NCBI GenBank assembly: GCA_051294375.1
Contig: CM119263.1
Location: 3,373,232-3,437,231, forward strand
Direction of reading: 5' to 3'
DNA length: 64,000 nucleotides
DNA from: Paraspadella gotoi
Taxonomy: Eukaryota; Animalia; Chaetognatha
Each line of letters starts with the position of its first letter. The stretch's first letter is position 1. The notes beneath the pieces are model-generated. The model searched no databases, was not told where the DNA came from, and saw only the letters and a program-made list of their open reading frames with translations. The position numbers were made by a program, and so were the translations under genes. This document shows, in pieces, positions 21,251 through 35,158 of the stretch.

Positions 21251-21361
21251 AACCATAATGGTTAACCTTGTCATCCTTTTGAGCAATCCATGAATGTAGC
21301 AACAACACCCAGAACAATTTTGCAAATTAGGACAACGCCCCTCCCTACTCTCTCCCTCCTC

Positions 21362-21412
<51 letters not shown>

Positions 21413-23571
21413 CCTTTATAACCGAATCGTCAACACCAAAATTTGCTTTTAGAAAAAAAATATCCAGTTTTAGCGGAAGAAACGACGACGACTGTTACTA
21501 TAATAATAGAAGGCTTATGTACCGATTATGATTCTTACGTGTCAGAAAGTTTTACATTGAATCTTAAAAGAAAAGCGATAATAAATTGAAAAAGGAAACC
21601 AATTAACCGACCCGAACAGGTTCTTTTCAAAAACGGATCACGACGAGAGTTTATGTCCAACACTAAAGGTGACGCAATGATATCGACGACGATGAGAATG
21701 ACGCCAACCACTCGTCGACGACAACGAAGACGCTCACGACGACGACGCCAAAGTCAACGCCAAAAAACCACGACGACGACGACGACAACGACCTCGATAG
21801 CTCAGCGCGACTCCTCGAATGAAAAACGAGAGGGCGACAGCGAAGTCACTGATCACCCACGATCACATCTAATCACCTCTCATCACACGTGATCACCAGT
21901 CATCTCNNNNNNNNNNNNNNNNNNNNNNNNNNNNNNNNNNNNNNNNNNNNNNNNNNNNNNNNNNNNNNNNNNNNNNNNNNNNNNNNNNNNNNNNNNNNNN
22001 NNNNNNNNNNNNNNNNNNNNNNNNNNNNNNNNNNNNNNNNNNNNNNNNNNNNNNNNNNNNNNNNNNNNNNNNNNNNNNNNNNNNNNNNNNNNNNNNNNNN
22101 NNNNNNNNNNNNNNNNNNNNNNNNNNNNNNNNNNNNNNNNNNNNNNNNNNNNNNNNTTATTCACGAACTTCGCAATAGACGAATTTCGTTATTCACGAAA
22201 ACCGACGCTTTTGACGATCGAAGGTCACGACCTTTCACGTCGACCGACCGGACGTGAGCACCGACCGACCAAATCGACCAATTTCCGTGGCCCCCTGATT
22301 GTTACAGCCTGACTACCTATTGTAATTACGGAGATAACCACCTAGTGAGAACCACCTCACATTCATTGTGAGTATGTGTGAACGTGAGATTCTTCAATTC
22401 TTCAATCTTTTTTCATTATCATCTGTTTAATTTACTAAAATTATAAACTATTACAATCATCAAAATGAAAACAAATCATTTTTAAACATTTATGGCAAAA
22501 CAGGTAATTTTTTAACTTTCATACTTTGATTTTTGGTTTTGAAAAAAAAAACAACTGTTTTTTGTCTTAAAAAAAGTCAAAGTAACTCGAAGAAGATCAA
22601 AAAACAGAAGTGACCTCGAAAGACAAAGAAGAAAGAACTAAAGAAAAAACAAAAGAGAGAAAAAAAAACTGCGGATTAGGAAATCCACTTATTTTACTTT
22701 TTTAAGCTTACAAAAATTATTTTTCACAATTTTTTGCTTTTTGTCATATTTATCTGTTATGAGCTTACAAAACAAAAAAAAGGGATTTTGAAGGTTATAC
22801 CTACCTTTGTCTTTTCTCNNNNNNNNNNNNNNNNNNNNNNNNNNNNNNNNNNNNNNNNNNNNNNNNNNNNNNNNNNNNNNNNNNNNNNNNNNNNNNNNNN
22901 NNNNNNNNNNNNNNNNNNNNNTTTTTTTATTTTCTTCTCTTTTCTTTTCTTCTCTTTTTTTTATTTTCTTTTCTCTTATTTTCTTTTCTTTTCTCTTATT
23001 TTCTTTGATCTTTTATTTTTTTTCAAATTTCTCCTCATAAAACATTTTGGGAATTTCTAGTAAATCTCGATTCATAAATCTCAAACGCAAAACTCTCTTC
23101 ATCTCACACGGTCGCCCCGTCCCTTCCTCCTCCTCCTCCTCCTCCTCCTCCTCTTCCTCCTCTCTTCATCCCCAAATTACGCAATGTCTCTCGCAAACAA
23201 AGTTTTTTTTCCTTTCAAATGTTTTTTCGGGTAAAAACCGGGAATTTCGTTCGAATATCTACAAAATTTGTCAGAATTTTATTAGAATTTTTCAAAAATG
23301 TATTTTTTGCAATTTGTATATGAACAAAACATCGAACAATTCATTCTTTCTCTCTCTCTCTCTCTCAGCGCCAATTTGCGTCACTTTACCCCGATTCCAA
23401 AATTGTCTCCGCGTCAATCAAAGATCATTCACGCCATCCAAGGATCCCTTTTCAAGCCACTCGCCGTCGATTCACGCCACTTCACAACTTTCTCCTCCTC
23501 CCTCTTTCAATGGTGAATTCATCTTCTTCACCGGAAAAATCGATTTTTTTTCCAGAAAAGAGCATCGTCGA

Positions 23572-23602
<31 letters not shown>

Positions 23603-24299
23603 NNNNNNNNNNNNNNNNNNNNNNNNNAAGAAGAAGATGAAGGATAGAATGTGAGAATTAAAAATATTAGGCAAAAATCCGTGAAAAGAGAGGGAAATTT
23701 GTTGTTGATAAAAACCATATTTAATAGATATTTGCTGGAATCGTTACTCAGTCGTGAGAAAGGGAGAATAAATTGACCTTTTGTTTTGATGGCAAAAAAA
23801 TTGAAGATTAAAGAATAAAAGATGAAAAGAAGAGGAATTTAGAAGTGGGGCGAAATTAGAAATAAAAGGGAAAGGGTAAGGAAATGTTTAAAAGGTAATG
23901 TCCTGGAGAAGGAATATATATCGCAATCTTTGCAAGCCAAAAGAAGAAAGAAAACGAAAAGAAAAGAAAAGAAAAGAAAATGAAAGAAAGAGAAATTTAA
24001 AAAAAAAGAAAGACGAGAAAGCAAATTCGAAAATGTGTGATAGAATTGATAGAATTGTGACATTAACTTGATAGAATGTCTTAAATAATTTAGCGGTAAG
24101 CCAATAACCGAACCTCACGGCATGAACTTATCAGAAATAAAGTTATTCTCAAAGATCTACTGGTCGCCGAAGTTAGAATAATTTTTACATTAAAGAGAGA
24201 CGTATTAAATATTATAGCATAGTAACAAATCAATCCTAATTCCGCTTTTGTACTATCACTACTTGAAAAGTCATTCGTTATATAACATTAAGTCATAAG

Positions 24300-27200
24300 A
24301 CTACAATTAAATTTATGTTATTAAAGGCATTATTTTTACAAAACCGAAAGTTTATATTAGAGAAACTGTACATAATAAAAGGAAAAAAGAGAAAGGACAT
24401 AAGAAGTTAAGAAGTTTGAATAAAGATATGTAATTACTGCCACCATTAACAAATTCATATTATCAAGAATTTAACTATCCTTAAAATCCCGAATATTACT
24501 CTTTTTATTGGAAAGCTTTTTTTTTCTTAAATTTACTCATTGGAAATATGTTTTCCGTTGTGTTTACGGGTTTTTTCACTTTTTACTTTAGGAATGTTTA
24601 TCGTTTTAACTCTTTTACCATTGAAAAAACTTTCCTGTTTTTTAAGTTGCTTTTTTTACTTTGGAAAAATCGTGTTTCTTTTATTTTTAAATGTTTTTAT
24701 CTTTTTCGAAAAAACTTCTTTGTCTGTTGTATGACGTTTTACTTTTATATGGGAAGGCTAACATAAAATAAAAGGGAAACTAAGTAGGAGGAATGGTAGG
24801 ACATAAAATAAAAGTAGAGTTGAAATTTTTTGGATTTGGGGATAAAAAGATATTTAATAACTGGTCCTCACAAATTTAACAACCTCGATGATTTATTTGG
24901 CAAATATTTAACGGGGTTTTATTTCTTTTCTTTGGAAAATATCGGTTTTCCGAGTTTAGGAAATTTTTTCTTTACATTGGGAAAAAACGGGTGTTATTTG
25001 TTGTTTGTTAAGAGTTGTTGATCCTTTGGGAAATTAGTGCGTGTGCGGGTGATTTTAACATTTTTATTACTTTTTCTTAAGAAATGTCGTTTATAGTGTT
25101 TAACTCTTTTCAACATGGAAAAGTTGCCGTTTTTTTAAAGTTTTATTTCTTTTACATGAAAAGTTTCGTTTTTTTTTAAATTTTCATATTTTTAGCAGAG
25201 AAATAGCGTTCGTGTATTGTAACGTTTATCTATTGAGATTGAGAGAAAGCTAATAAATTAAATGAGAAAAGAGAGAGAGAAGAGAAAAAAATAATAGAAA
25301 GGAATTGCTGTTGTTTTTGATCAAGAGGATATTGTAACTAGCTGGAGTTACTAACCGAAAGTGCAGATTTATAATGCTCGAATCTTTGGATAGTCTTTTT
25401 CAAGCATATTTAAGTGGGGGCTTTTATTGTTTCTTGGGGAATAATTGTCGTTTCCGGATGTGTATTAGAAATAGTTATTTCAATCCGTGGTGATGGTGGG
25501 AAAAACAGAAACGCGATTGTTAAGTTTATGAGATGGTAAAGGGTTAGTCTTGGAAATACGCTCGCAGTGGAGTGGGATATGTCTCATTTTTACTTTAAAA
25601 GCTCGTGTTAAGAGTGCAGGGCGTTGTCTATACATATTTTCTCAGCATGAGAAAGGGAATGTGCCGAGTATATGTTTTAAAGAGAGTTGGTTTTTCTTTT
25701 GACTCTTGAGAGAACAATACTAGGAGTGTCACGTGATGATGCAGTTTAAGAGGGATGTTACATATGCATTTTGGCGAGAATAATGTTTTCTGGGGGTGGG
25801 ATTAAGTTTTTATGTAATTGAGGAGAGGTCGGGGAGAGGGAAGTAAATAAAATTAATAGAGCAAAGAGAAGAAGGAGACATAAAAAATAAAAGAGAGGAA
25901 AAAATATGTTTGTTTGTAAAGATATTTAATATACGCTGTCCACGGGATGTTTCCAATTTAAGCAACTGCGATGATTTATTTGCAGAAGTTTAACGTTTTT
26001 AATTTCTGTTGCTTTGAATAATTGTTCCGGTGTTAGAAATTTTTTATCTTCTTTATTACATGAAAAAGCGTTTTTTCTGTGTTAAGTATTATCAGATCTT
26101 GAGTGAAAATGATGATTAGCGTGTATAAACGTTTTTATTACTTTTACTTTAAAAAGTGTTTTCGGTGTTTTTTAACTCTTTTACCATTGGAAAAAAGTTG
26201 CGTTTTTTTTAATAGTTTAAGTTTCTTTTTAATCATGGTGAAAGAAGATCGTATTCTGTTATATTTTAAATTTCACTACTCTTTACAGAGAAAAAGCTGT
26301 TTGGGTATATTTAACTTTTTAATCTATGAGAGTGAGAGAAAGTACATAAAAAATAAAGAGAGGAGAGGAGAGAGAAGAGACTAAAAATAAAGAGGAGGAG
26401 AAGATTTGATTGTTGTGATAAAGACTTTTATAACTGTCTCAACCATATTTAACAACCCGATATGTTATTTGAGAGTATTTAACGTTTTATTATTTTCTTG
26501 AAAATTCGGTTTTCCGGTGGTTTTAGAGAATTTTTTATCTCTTTTTTACATGGAAAGCGTTTTTGTTTTTAAAGTTGTTATTCTTGGAGAATATGCCTGC
26601 CGCTGTATTTTAAGTTTTTCAATTTTTACTTTAAAGTTTTTCGGGTAGTTTTAAACCCTCTTTAATCATTGGAAAAAACGTTTGCCGTTTTTTTTTAAGT
26701 GTTTATTTCTTACATTGAAAAAATCGTTCTGTTATTTTAAAAGTTTTCAATCTGTTCAAGAGAAAAAGTGTAATTTCAACTGAGTATAGATGTAGTAAAG
26801 CTATTTAGATTGAAGAGTGAGAGAAGCACATAAAATAAGAGAAGAAGAGAGAGAGAAGGAGAATAAAAATAAAAGAGAGAATTTGTATTGATTTGATAAA
26901 AAAAGATTTTAATAACTGTCCACTGCTGCATTATAACACCTCGATGATGTTATTGCAGAAGTAATTAAGACGTTATTGATTAGTATTTTTGTTCTTTAGA
27001 AAATATGGTTACGGTGTTTAGAAATTTTTATCTCTTTTTACATGGAAAAAGCGTTTTTTTTGTTTTGTAAAGTTTTATAGTATTGGAAAATAGATCTCGG
27101 CTTATTTAGATCAGGTTTTATCATTTTACTGTAGGGAAAGAGCGAGTTATAGGGGTTTTTTATATTTTTTTATCATTGGAAAAAAGGGTTTGCCGGTTTT

Positions 27201-28310
27201 TTTTTAATAGTTTATTTATTTTACATGGGGAAAAAAAGTGGTTTCTGTTATTTTAAAGTTTTAGTGATCTTTTTTAGGCGAGAAAAGTTGTTTCTGTGTT
27301 TAGACATTTATCTATATGAAGTGAGAAAGCTACATAAAATTAAAGGAGAAAGAGAGAAGAAGGAGGAATAAAAATAAAGAAGAAATTTGTTTTGTTTTGA
27401 TAAAAAGATTATTAATACTGTCGATACTCAATTTTAACAACCTCGATGGATGTTATTGCAGAGTATTTAAACGTTTTTATTTCTTTTTCTTTGAAAATAT
27501 CGTTTCTCCGGTTAAAAATTTTTTATCTCTTTTTACATGTGAAAAAGGTTTTTATTTTTTTAAAGTTGTTAAGTTTGGAATATCGCTGCGCTGTATAACG
27601 TTTTATCACTTTTTACTATTTAGAAAAGTGTTTTTTCGTGTTTTTTTTTAATTATTTTACATTGGAAAAACGTTTGCTGTTTTTTTAAAAATTTTTATTT
27701 TTTTTACTGTAAAGTAGAATCGTTTCTGTGTTATTTGTTAAAGTTTACATATTTTTAGCGAGAAAAAAAAGTTGTTTTCTGGTGTAGATTTTAACGTTTT
27801 TAAAATCTCTTGAGGTGGAGAGAAAGCTACATGTCAAATGTAAAGAGAAGAAGAGAGAAAAGAAGAGACATAAAAAAATAGAGAGGAAGAATTTGTTTGT
27901 TTTGATAAACAGATATTTAAGTGAACTGTCGCTCATGGCCTCCCAATTTTAACCAGAACCTCGATGATGTATTTGCAGAAGTATACAGTTTTTATTTCTT
28001 TTTCTTGAAAAGTATCGGGTTCCGGTGGGTTATGTTATGGAAATTTTTTATCTCTTTACATTTGGAGAAAAGCGTTTCTTGTGTTTTTAAAGTTGTTATC
28101 TCTTGGGAAATATCGTCTGCGCTGTTTTAACCTTGTATCACTTTTTACTCCTTAGAAAAGTCGTTTTTCGTGTTTTTTATACATATTGTTATTTTACATT
28201 GAAAAACGTTTGGCCGTTTTTTTTTAAGAGTTTTTATTTCTTTGTACGATTGAAAAAAATCGTTTTTGTTATTTTTAAAGTTTTTCAAATCCATTACAGA
28301 GAAAGAAGGT
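24300..28310 (+). repeat. Tandem array of ~500 bp AT-rich units, about 8 degenerate copies
   Basis: Anchor tttaacaacctcgatgat(g)ttattgcagaagt recurs near 24875, 25957, 26448, 26931, 27432 and 27948, with weaker copies near 24445 and 25370. Confidence 0.88.
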
Positions 28311-31300
28311 CGGTTGTGATCGGAGATGATGAGTAGAGAGAGAGAGAGATGATGATGATGTTGATGTAGATGTGAGGAAGAGGAGAAGAGCAAGCAGGAG
28401 AGAAGTAAGAAGAAGAGAGGAAGAGAAGGGGAGAGGGAGAAGGAGAGAGAGAGAGAGAAGACGGTGAAGAGGAGATGAGAAAGCAGAGGAGGGAAGAGAG
28501 ATGAGATGAGTGAGAGTATTAGTAGGAGGTTGCGTATAAAAGATGTTGTAGAAGAGATGAAGAGACTGTGGTACTACGCGAGGAGCCGAATTGATAGAAC
28601 GAAACGAGAGCTCGTTATATGAGAGGGTATAGAATTGAGAGAGAAATGTTGAAGACGAGGGAGAGTTGTTAAGAGTCGATGCATTAGTAGTGTAGATGAG
28701 ATGAGTGAGAGAAGAGAGAGGAGATGAGAAGAGAAGGGGAGAGATGAGATGATTGTATGACGAGCAAGAGAGTGGATGATGTGATTGAAGAGGGAGAAGA
28801 TGAGAGCGAGAGAGATGTCGATTGAGTGTATGAGAAGAGAGGAGAGAGAGGAGAGAAGCTTTGAGAGAAGAGAGAGAGGAGAGAGAGAGAAGAGAGAGAA
28901 GAGAGAGAGCAGAGAGAGAGCAGATAGGTTAGAGATCAGTAGAGAGAGAAGAGAGAGAGCTGGAGAAAGAGAGAGGAGAGATGGTATGGGAGTAGTAGAG
29001 AGAGAGTGAAGAGAGAAAGAAGAGAAAGAGAGGGATAGGTAGAGAAGAGTATGAGATTGAGAGGAGAGAGGAGATGTAGAGAGAGAGATGGAGAGAGAGA
29101 GAGTGAGGATGGAGAGGAGACGTTGTCAGGATAAATTTCACGAGACCGTCACGTTAATCTTGTTGCTCATACAAGTTTCGCGCTCTGACGTGTGAAAGGT
29201 TGATGATTTGTGTCGTTGTTGTTGATTGTTGTTGTCTAGTTGTTCTTGCGGGTTGAAAGACGAAGAAGCGTGAATTCTGGTGACAATTGCTCAAATTTGA
29301 TGGATCCGAAGGTGAAGAACTCGTTCAGAAGGACGGAAGCGTCACGTCAACGATTCACTCGTTCAAGATCAATGCTTGTGAACGAAAAAAAAGAAGAGGT
29401 AAAAAATTAAGTGTGAGAGGTCGATAAAAAGAGAAAAAAAGAGAGCGAGGGTCTGTGAAAAGAGAAAAAGTTTGAGTGTAAAAATAGGTCTTGTGAGATT
29501 ATCCCTTGAGAATGAAAAATATATAATGGCGAGCTGTGTAGAAATAATTGATTTTTTTGGCGTGAGAAGATGACTTTACAGACGGAGTGAGTAGTCAAAC
29601 TAATCTAGCAAAAAAGAGGCCCCATAAATATTTTTAAAAAAAATTTTTAAGAAATAAAATAAAAGTTAAACCAGAGTGTTGAAGTCTAGAAACAAAAGAA
29701 ACAAATTTTTATAATGAGACTTGTTTTTATTTAAGAGTAGATTAATAATGATAAATTGACGCTGTGAAATTACTGAAGACATTTTACGGTAAAATGAGTA
29801 ATTTAAATATGAGTGTTAGTGCGTGAAGTTTAAAATATAAAAATGCTATCGAAAGGAGATAAAGTAAAGATCCGTTGGAGAACGGACGACTGACGACGGG
29901 CCGGACGGATGACGGATTTAATCTACTCTTAAAAAAAAGTCTCATTACAAAATTGTTTTCTTTGTTTCTAGACTTCAACCTTTTTTAACTTTTTATTTTA
30001 TTTTTTAAAATTTTTTAAAAATATTTATGGGCCTCTTTTTTCTAGAGTTGGTTTGACTACTCCTCGTCTGNNNNNNNNNNNNNNNNNNNNNNNNNNNNNN
30101 NNNNNNNNNNNNNNNNNNNNNNNNNNNNNNNNNNNNNNNNNNNNNNNNNNNNNNNNNNNNNNNNNNNNNNNNNNNNNNNNNNNNNNNNNNNNNNNNNNNN
30201 NNNNNNNNNNNNNNNNNNNNNNNNNNNNNNNNNNNNNNNNNNNNNNNNNNNNNNNNNNNNNNNNNNNNNNNNNNNNNNNNNNNNNNNNNNNNNNNNNNNN
30301 NNNNNNNNNNNNNNNNNTTTTTTTTTTTCACAAGTTCGATCTTGAACGAGTGAATCGTGAGTGAGGCTTCCGTTTGACGAGTTTCACCCTTCGATCCTCA
30401 ATTGACGATTCACAGAATCACGCTTCTTCGTCTTTCACCACCGCAACAACAACAACAACAACAAAAGTCATTGCAAACCTCTGTCCACCGTTCAGACCAG
30501 GCGAAAACATTTATGAGAACAAATTACGTTGGAAAGGTCGTGAAATTTTATGCACCTGCACCAAGCGTTCTCTCTCTCTCTCTCTCTCTTCTCATTCGTC
30601 TCTCTCTCTCTCTTCAATCTCTCTCTCGTCTCTCTTTTTTCTCTCGTCTCTCTCTCTCTCCTTCTCTCTCTCTCTCTCCTTCTCTCTACTCTCTCTCCTC
30701 TCTCTCATCTCTCGTCTCCATCGGTTCATCTTCGTCCCAGTCATGTCGACTCTATTGAAGAGTATCACGCGTAAGATCAAGATTACTTGTCTCGTCACTC
30801 GCAGGGCTCGCCCTCCAGTCATTATTACTGGGCGCGGCTCATGTAAGGGTCGCTACCGATCTCACCGTCAAGGCGCTCTCGCCCCTGTCCTCCGTCGCTC
30901 GTCTGCTCCTCTCTCTCCATTCGTCCTTCCTTTCTCCGTCAAAGCTGACGTCTCTCGTGCTCGTTATCAGTGCGTTGATAAGCGCCGCCTGCAAGGCTGG
31001 GCACGCTGCCGGAGAACAATGGCCGCACATCCGAGCGTAGTTTGCACGCTCTCTAGGCATGGCTGCTGCTCACGTCATCATCGTCATGCTTCTTAGCTCC
31101 GAGGACTCGCTAGACGGCTCTCGCTCCGTCTCTCCATGTCACTCCGTCGGCCACCTCTTCTCCGCTCGTCTACGTCTCTCTCTCTCTCCTCAATCTCATT
31201 CCCCTCTCTCCTCTCCCTCTTCTCTGCTCCCATCTCCTGGTCTCTCATGATCTCCTCTCTCTCTCGATTCTCTCTCTCTCCTCGCTCTCTCTCTCCCTCC

Positions 31301-31637
31301 TCTCGAGTGCTGTCTCGTCTCTCGTCTGCTCTCTTCTCTCGCTCTCTCTCATATCTCTGACTCTTGGCTCAGTCTTCTTCGTCATCTGTGCTCCAGTCGT
31401 CCACTCTATCCTCCTGTCTCTCTCATTCTCAGTTCGATTCTCCAAATGCCGGCTCGCCGTCACTCGCTGCGTTCTCCTCGAGTCCACGTCCAGCTCGTCT
31501 CCGTCTCTCTCTCTCTCTCTCGTCTCTCCTCTCTGCTCCTCTCTCTCTCTCGTCCTCTCTCTCTCTCGTCTCTCTTCTCTCTCCTCTCTCTCGCCTCTCT
31601 CTCTCTCTCTCTCTCTCTCGCTCTCTCTCTTCTCTCT

Positions 31638-31693
<56 letters not shown>

Positions 31694-33327
31694 CCTCTCT
31701 CTTCTCCTCTCTCTCCCTCCTCTCTCTATCTCTCTCTCTCCTTCTTTCTCTCTCCTCTCTCTCTCTCCTCCCTTCTCACCCCTCCTTTCTTTCTCTCTCT
31801 CTCTCTCTCTCTCTCTTCTGACCTCTGGACTGCCCTCTTCGGAAAAATTTGAACAATTTGGTGTTGGCGGATCGAATTGCGGTTACAATGCTCCATCTGC
31901 TTCATCGTTTGTTGGCCTCCAAAGCGGTTACGAATGATCAAACGATGCCCCCTTAATAGCTGCAAACAATACCACTTCGATAATCGCATCGATGCAGCAT
32001 TTATTGTTTTGCTGTTTTTTTTTCAGAGATGCTTCGCCAGTACAGTATTGCGTGTGCTACCGCTTAAATTATTTAATTCTATCAATATTCTATCAATTCT
32101 ATCAATTCTATCATACATTTCTAATTTGCTTTCTTTTCTTTTCTTTTTTTAAATTTTCTTATCTTTTCTTTTCTTTTCTTTTCTTTTCTTTTCTTTTCTT
32201 CTTTTGCTTCAAAGATTGCGAAATTATATTCCTTCTCCGATGACTTACCTTTTAAACATTTCCTTACCCTTTCCCTTTTTTTCTATTTCGCCCCACTTTT
32301 CTAAATTCCTCTCTTTTCATCTTTTATTCTTTTATCTTCAATTTTTTTGCATCAAAAACAAAAGTCATTTTTCTCTTTCTCACCGTGAAACGAATTCACC
32401 AAATCCGGTGTCACGGATTTTTGCCCTAAATTCTCACAGAATTGATATTGCGTGAACCACTGAAAATATATTTTAAAAACAACAGCAGATTATTTATCCT
32501 TTTAGTATCATAGCTATGAAAACAAATATCATTAAGTCTTATACTATCGTGGCCAATAATTATGTTAATACTGAAGTTTTGAAACTAATTTTTAAAAAGA
32601 AGAATTCCAAAGAGGAAACGAAGCAAAATCTTAATTTTGAATCCAAATCCAAATATATTTTTTCGGCTCAAAACGATATCAATTATTCGACTCAAAAATA
32701 CTTATTATCGCCTGAAAACATAAACAGAACGAATCCATTTCGGTTTAAATCACTCATTCGATGAGAAATTATAAATAAATTTAAAAATACAAAAAAAAAA
32801 AAAAAAAACGGGAAAAATTTTACGTCGAGATCAAAACAGGACCGTCCTTTGTAAAAAAGTTTTTCGTAAAAAAAAATAATGAAAATCTACGGAAAAAAAA
32901 GTAAAAAAAGGGCATAAATAAAGAAGCATCAAAAAAGCTTAAATAAAAAAAAAGAATCAGAAAAAAAGAATCACATAACTTTTCATTCCCTTTCACGTTT
33001 CACACTCACAAAAAAGAGAACAAATTGAAGCCTCGTAATCGTTGCCGTAAAGTTCAAGTAGTCGTGATTAAAACCTACAAACTCGTTAAATTAAAAAAAA
33101 AAGAAAAAAAAAGGGAAATAAAAAAAGGAAAATAAAAACGGAAAAATAGGAGAAAAGAATTGAAATCGTCGTTCGATCGTTGATCTTTTATTTTTTACGA
33201 CGGAAGATAAGTTTTTTTACTTTTTTTTTTACTCGGTTTGAGTTTGAATTTTTTCCTATTTTGTTTTAAGGTGTCCAAACTATTTCAGTCGTATTTTTGT
33301 CGTAAATACCTTATTCTGAGTTTCATT

Positions 33328-33423
<96 letters not shown>

Positions 33424-33771
33424 TTTCTAAAAAAAGTCAAGGGAATGCGAAGCTTTGCTCGTTAAACTTCATCAAGCAAGGTAGCATTCTGAGCGCATCT
33501 GAAATTTATAACCTTAAAAGTTAAAACAGAAAAAAAACCCTTTTTATATCAAACACAAAAAGAAGAAAAAGATAAAAACAAATTCGACTCAAAAATAAGA
33601 TGAACGACAGAGGAAATCGCAAGAAAGTCAACCGTAGAACGTAAACAAATATAATAAATCATAAACAAACAATAAACATTCCCCACGGATATTGAATTAA
33701 AATTAAAAAAAAGTGGAAAATTAATTTCAAATTTGCCTAAAACTTTAAAATTCGAACAAAATAACAAAGCG

Positions 33772-33950
33772 ATGTTTTTCCCTAAATCGACGACGCTTTT
33801 TTTGGCGGTGGCGGCGCTGGCGTCTGTCGGAGCCTTTGATGACTTCCGGTCTCTCCGCGACGCCGTAGCGAAGAACCGCGTCGGCAGCGTCAGGAAAATC
33901 CTGCAGCGCGGCGTCAGCCCTGACGCTGGCTTCTATCACGCCAGTTCCAA
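33772..33950 (+). CDS. Ankyrin-repeat protein, exon 1 (signal-peptide-like N-terminus plus start of ankyrin module 1)
   Basis: ATG at 33772; MFFPKSTTLFLAVAALASVGA-FDDFRSLRDAVAKNRVGSVRKILQRGVSPDAGFYHASS; GC-rich island; donor AA|GTAAGG at 33950/33951 (phase 2). Confidence 0.85.
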
Positions 33951-34192
33951 GTAAGGCGAATTTCGAATGCATGATCCAGTTTGAAGTATGGAAAAGGGTA
34001 ATGAAAAGAAATGCAAGTTCCAAATAAGGATATTGCAATTGAGAATTTTAGAATGTATGAGAGTAAGTCAGTCACTTTTACATGTCTACGTAATTCCTTT
34101 TTTTAACGTAAAGACTCGGGCGCATCTCACAAAAATGACCTCACCCGCTCTTACCTTCCCAACTCCCTCCCCTTTCCCCTTTCCCTTTCCAG

Positions 34193-34430
34193 ACAGACGC
34201 TCCTCATGCACGCAGCCTGGAAAGGCTCTCGCGACATTCTCCTCCTCCTCCTCCAACACGGCGCCGACGTCAACCGCGTCAACTACAACGGCGCCACTGC
34301 GCTGCTCTAGTACGCGCAGCCAGCGGGAGTCCCGACGTCATGCGGCTGCTGCCGGAAGTCGGGCGCGGATCTGAACGTCAGGGACAAAATGGGACAGACG
34401 GCGCTGCATTGGGCCGTAGCGGCCAATCAG
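34193..34430 (+). CDS. Ankyrin-repeat protein, exon 2
   Basis: Polypyrimidine acceptor ccctttccAG; phase matches exon 1; reads QTLLMHAAWKGSRDILLLLLQHGADVNRVNYNGATALL...SGADLNVRDKMGQTALHWAVAANQ; donor CAG|GTGAAC. Contains an in-frame TAG (34308-34310) and an apparent compensating pair of indels. Confidence 0.85.
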
Positions 34431-35036
34431 GTGAACGGGCCAGGGGTGGTCGGGGCGTGGGTGGGTGGTGAGTTGGTCAGAGTGTCCGGTGAGGTCACGG
34501 ATCGTAGGCGAGGTTTGTTACTGAGAAAATATAGTTAAGGATAATTAAGGGAAATTCGGCAGATTTATACAAGTACATGTATTTTATATTTAAATGTAAA
34601 TTGTACAAGTTGGGAATTTGATGTTAGTTTCTTGAGGTTGAGTTGAAGAATGCCCCGTCTTTCACTCGTCGGTTCCGTGAGGGAAATCTCCTCTCTTGAT
34701 TGGTCAATGGCAGAAAAAAAAATCTTGATTGGTCAATGGCAGAAAAAAAGGACGAAAAAGCCGGGAGAGACAAGCTTGCAAGCTGCTTGATCAATCAGAT
34801 TTATCTATTGGTCCATTCCCCGCCACGATGGCGTGATTAAATCGGTAAGGATGTAGAAGGGGGGAGTTGGAAATAGGGATCTGGAAGAGGTTAAAAGAGA
34901 AAAAAGGTAAGTTGAGAGATTTGAATGTCAGATTACGTGGGAAAGAAAAAAAAAACGAATTGAAATTTCGCAGGGAAAAAAATTAATTCCCCTTGCATGG
35001 TCACGTGATCACTTTATCACCCACTTCTTTTAGGGT

Positions 35037-35158
<122 letters not shown>

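Larger units (their letters stand above)
15233..33185. repeat. Large interrupted inverted repeat: left arm 15233-20155; right arm 21438-23602 plus 29915-33185
   Basis: 21438-23602 is the reverse complement of ~20155-17860 and 29915-33185 of ~17672-15237. The same ORFs appear on opposite strands (MSNTKGDAM... at 19934- and 21653+; MTSFTLRSS... at 17302- and 30374+). Confidence 0.93.

Noticed and set aside
30374-31500. 240 aa ORF and neighbours
   Set aside because: Noisy reverse-complement copy of 17300-16700 dominated by CT repeats.
15233-33185. Giant DNA transposon (Polinton/Foldback) with long TIRs
   Set aside because: No transposase, integrase or polymerase coding; the outer end falls at an assembly gap and no target duplication is visible.
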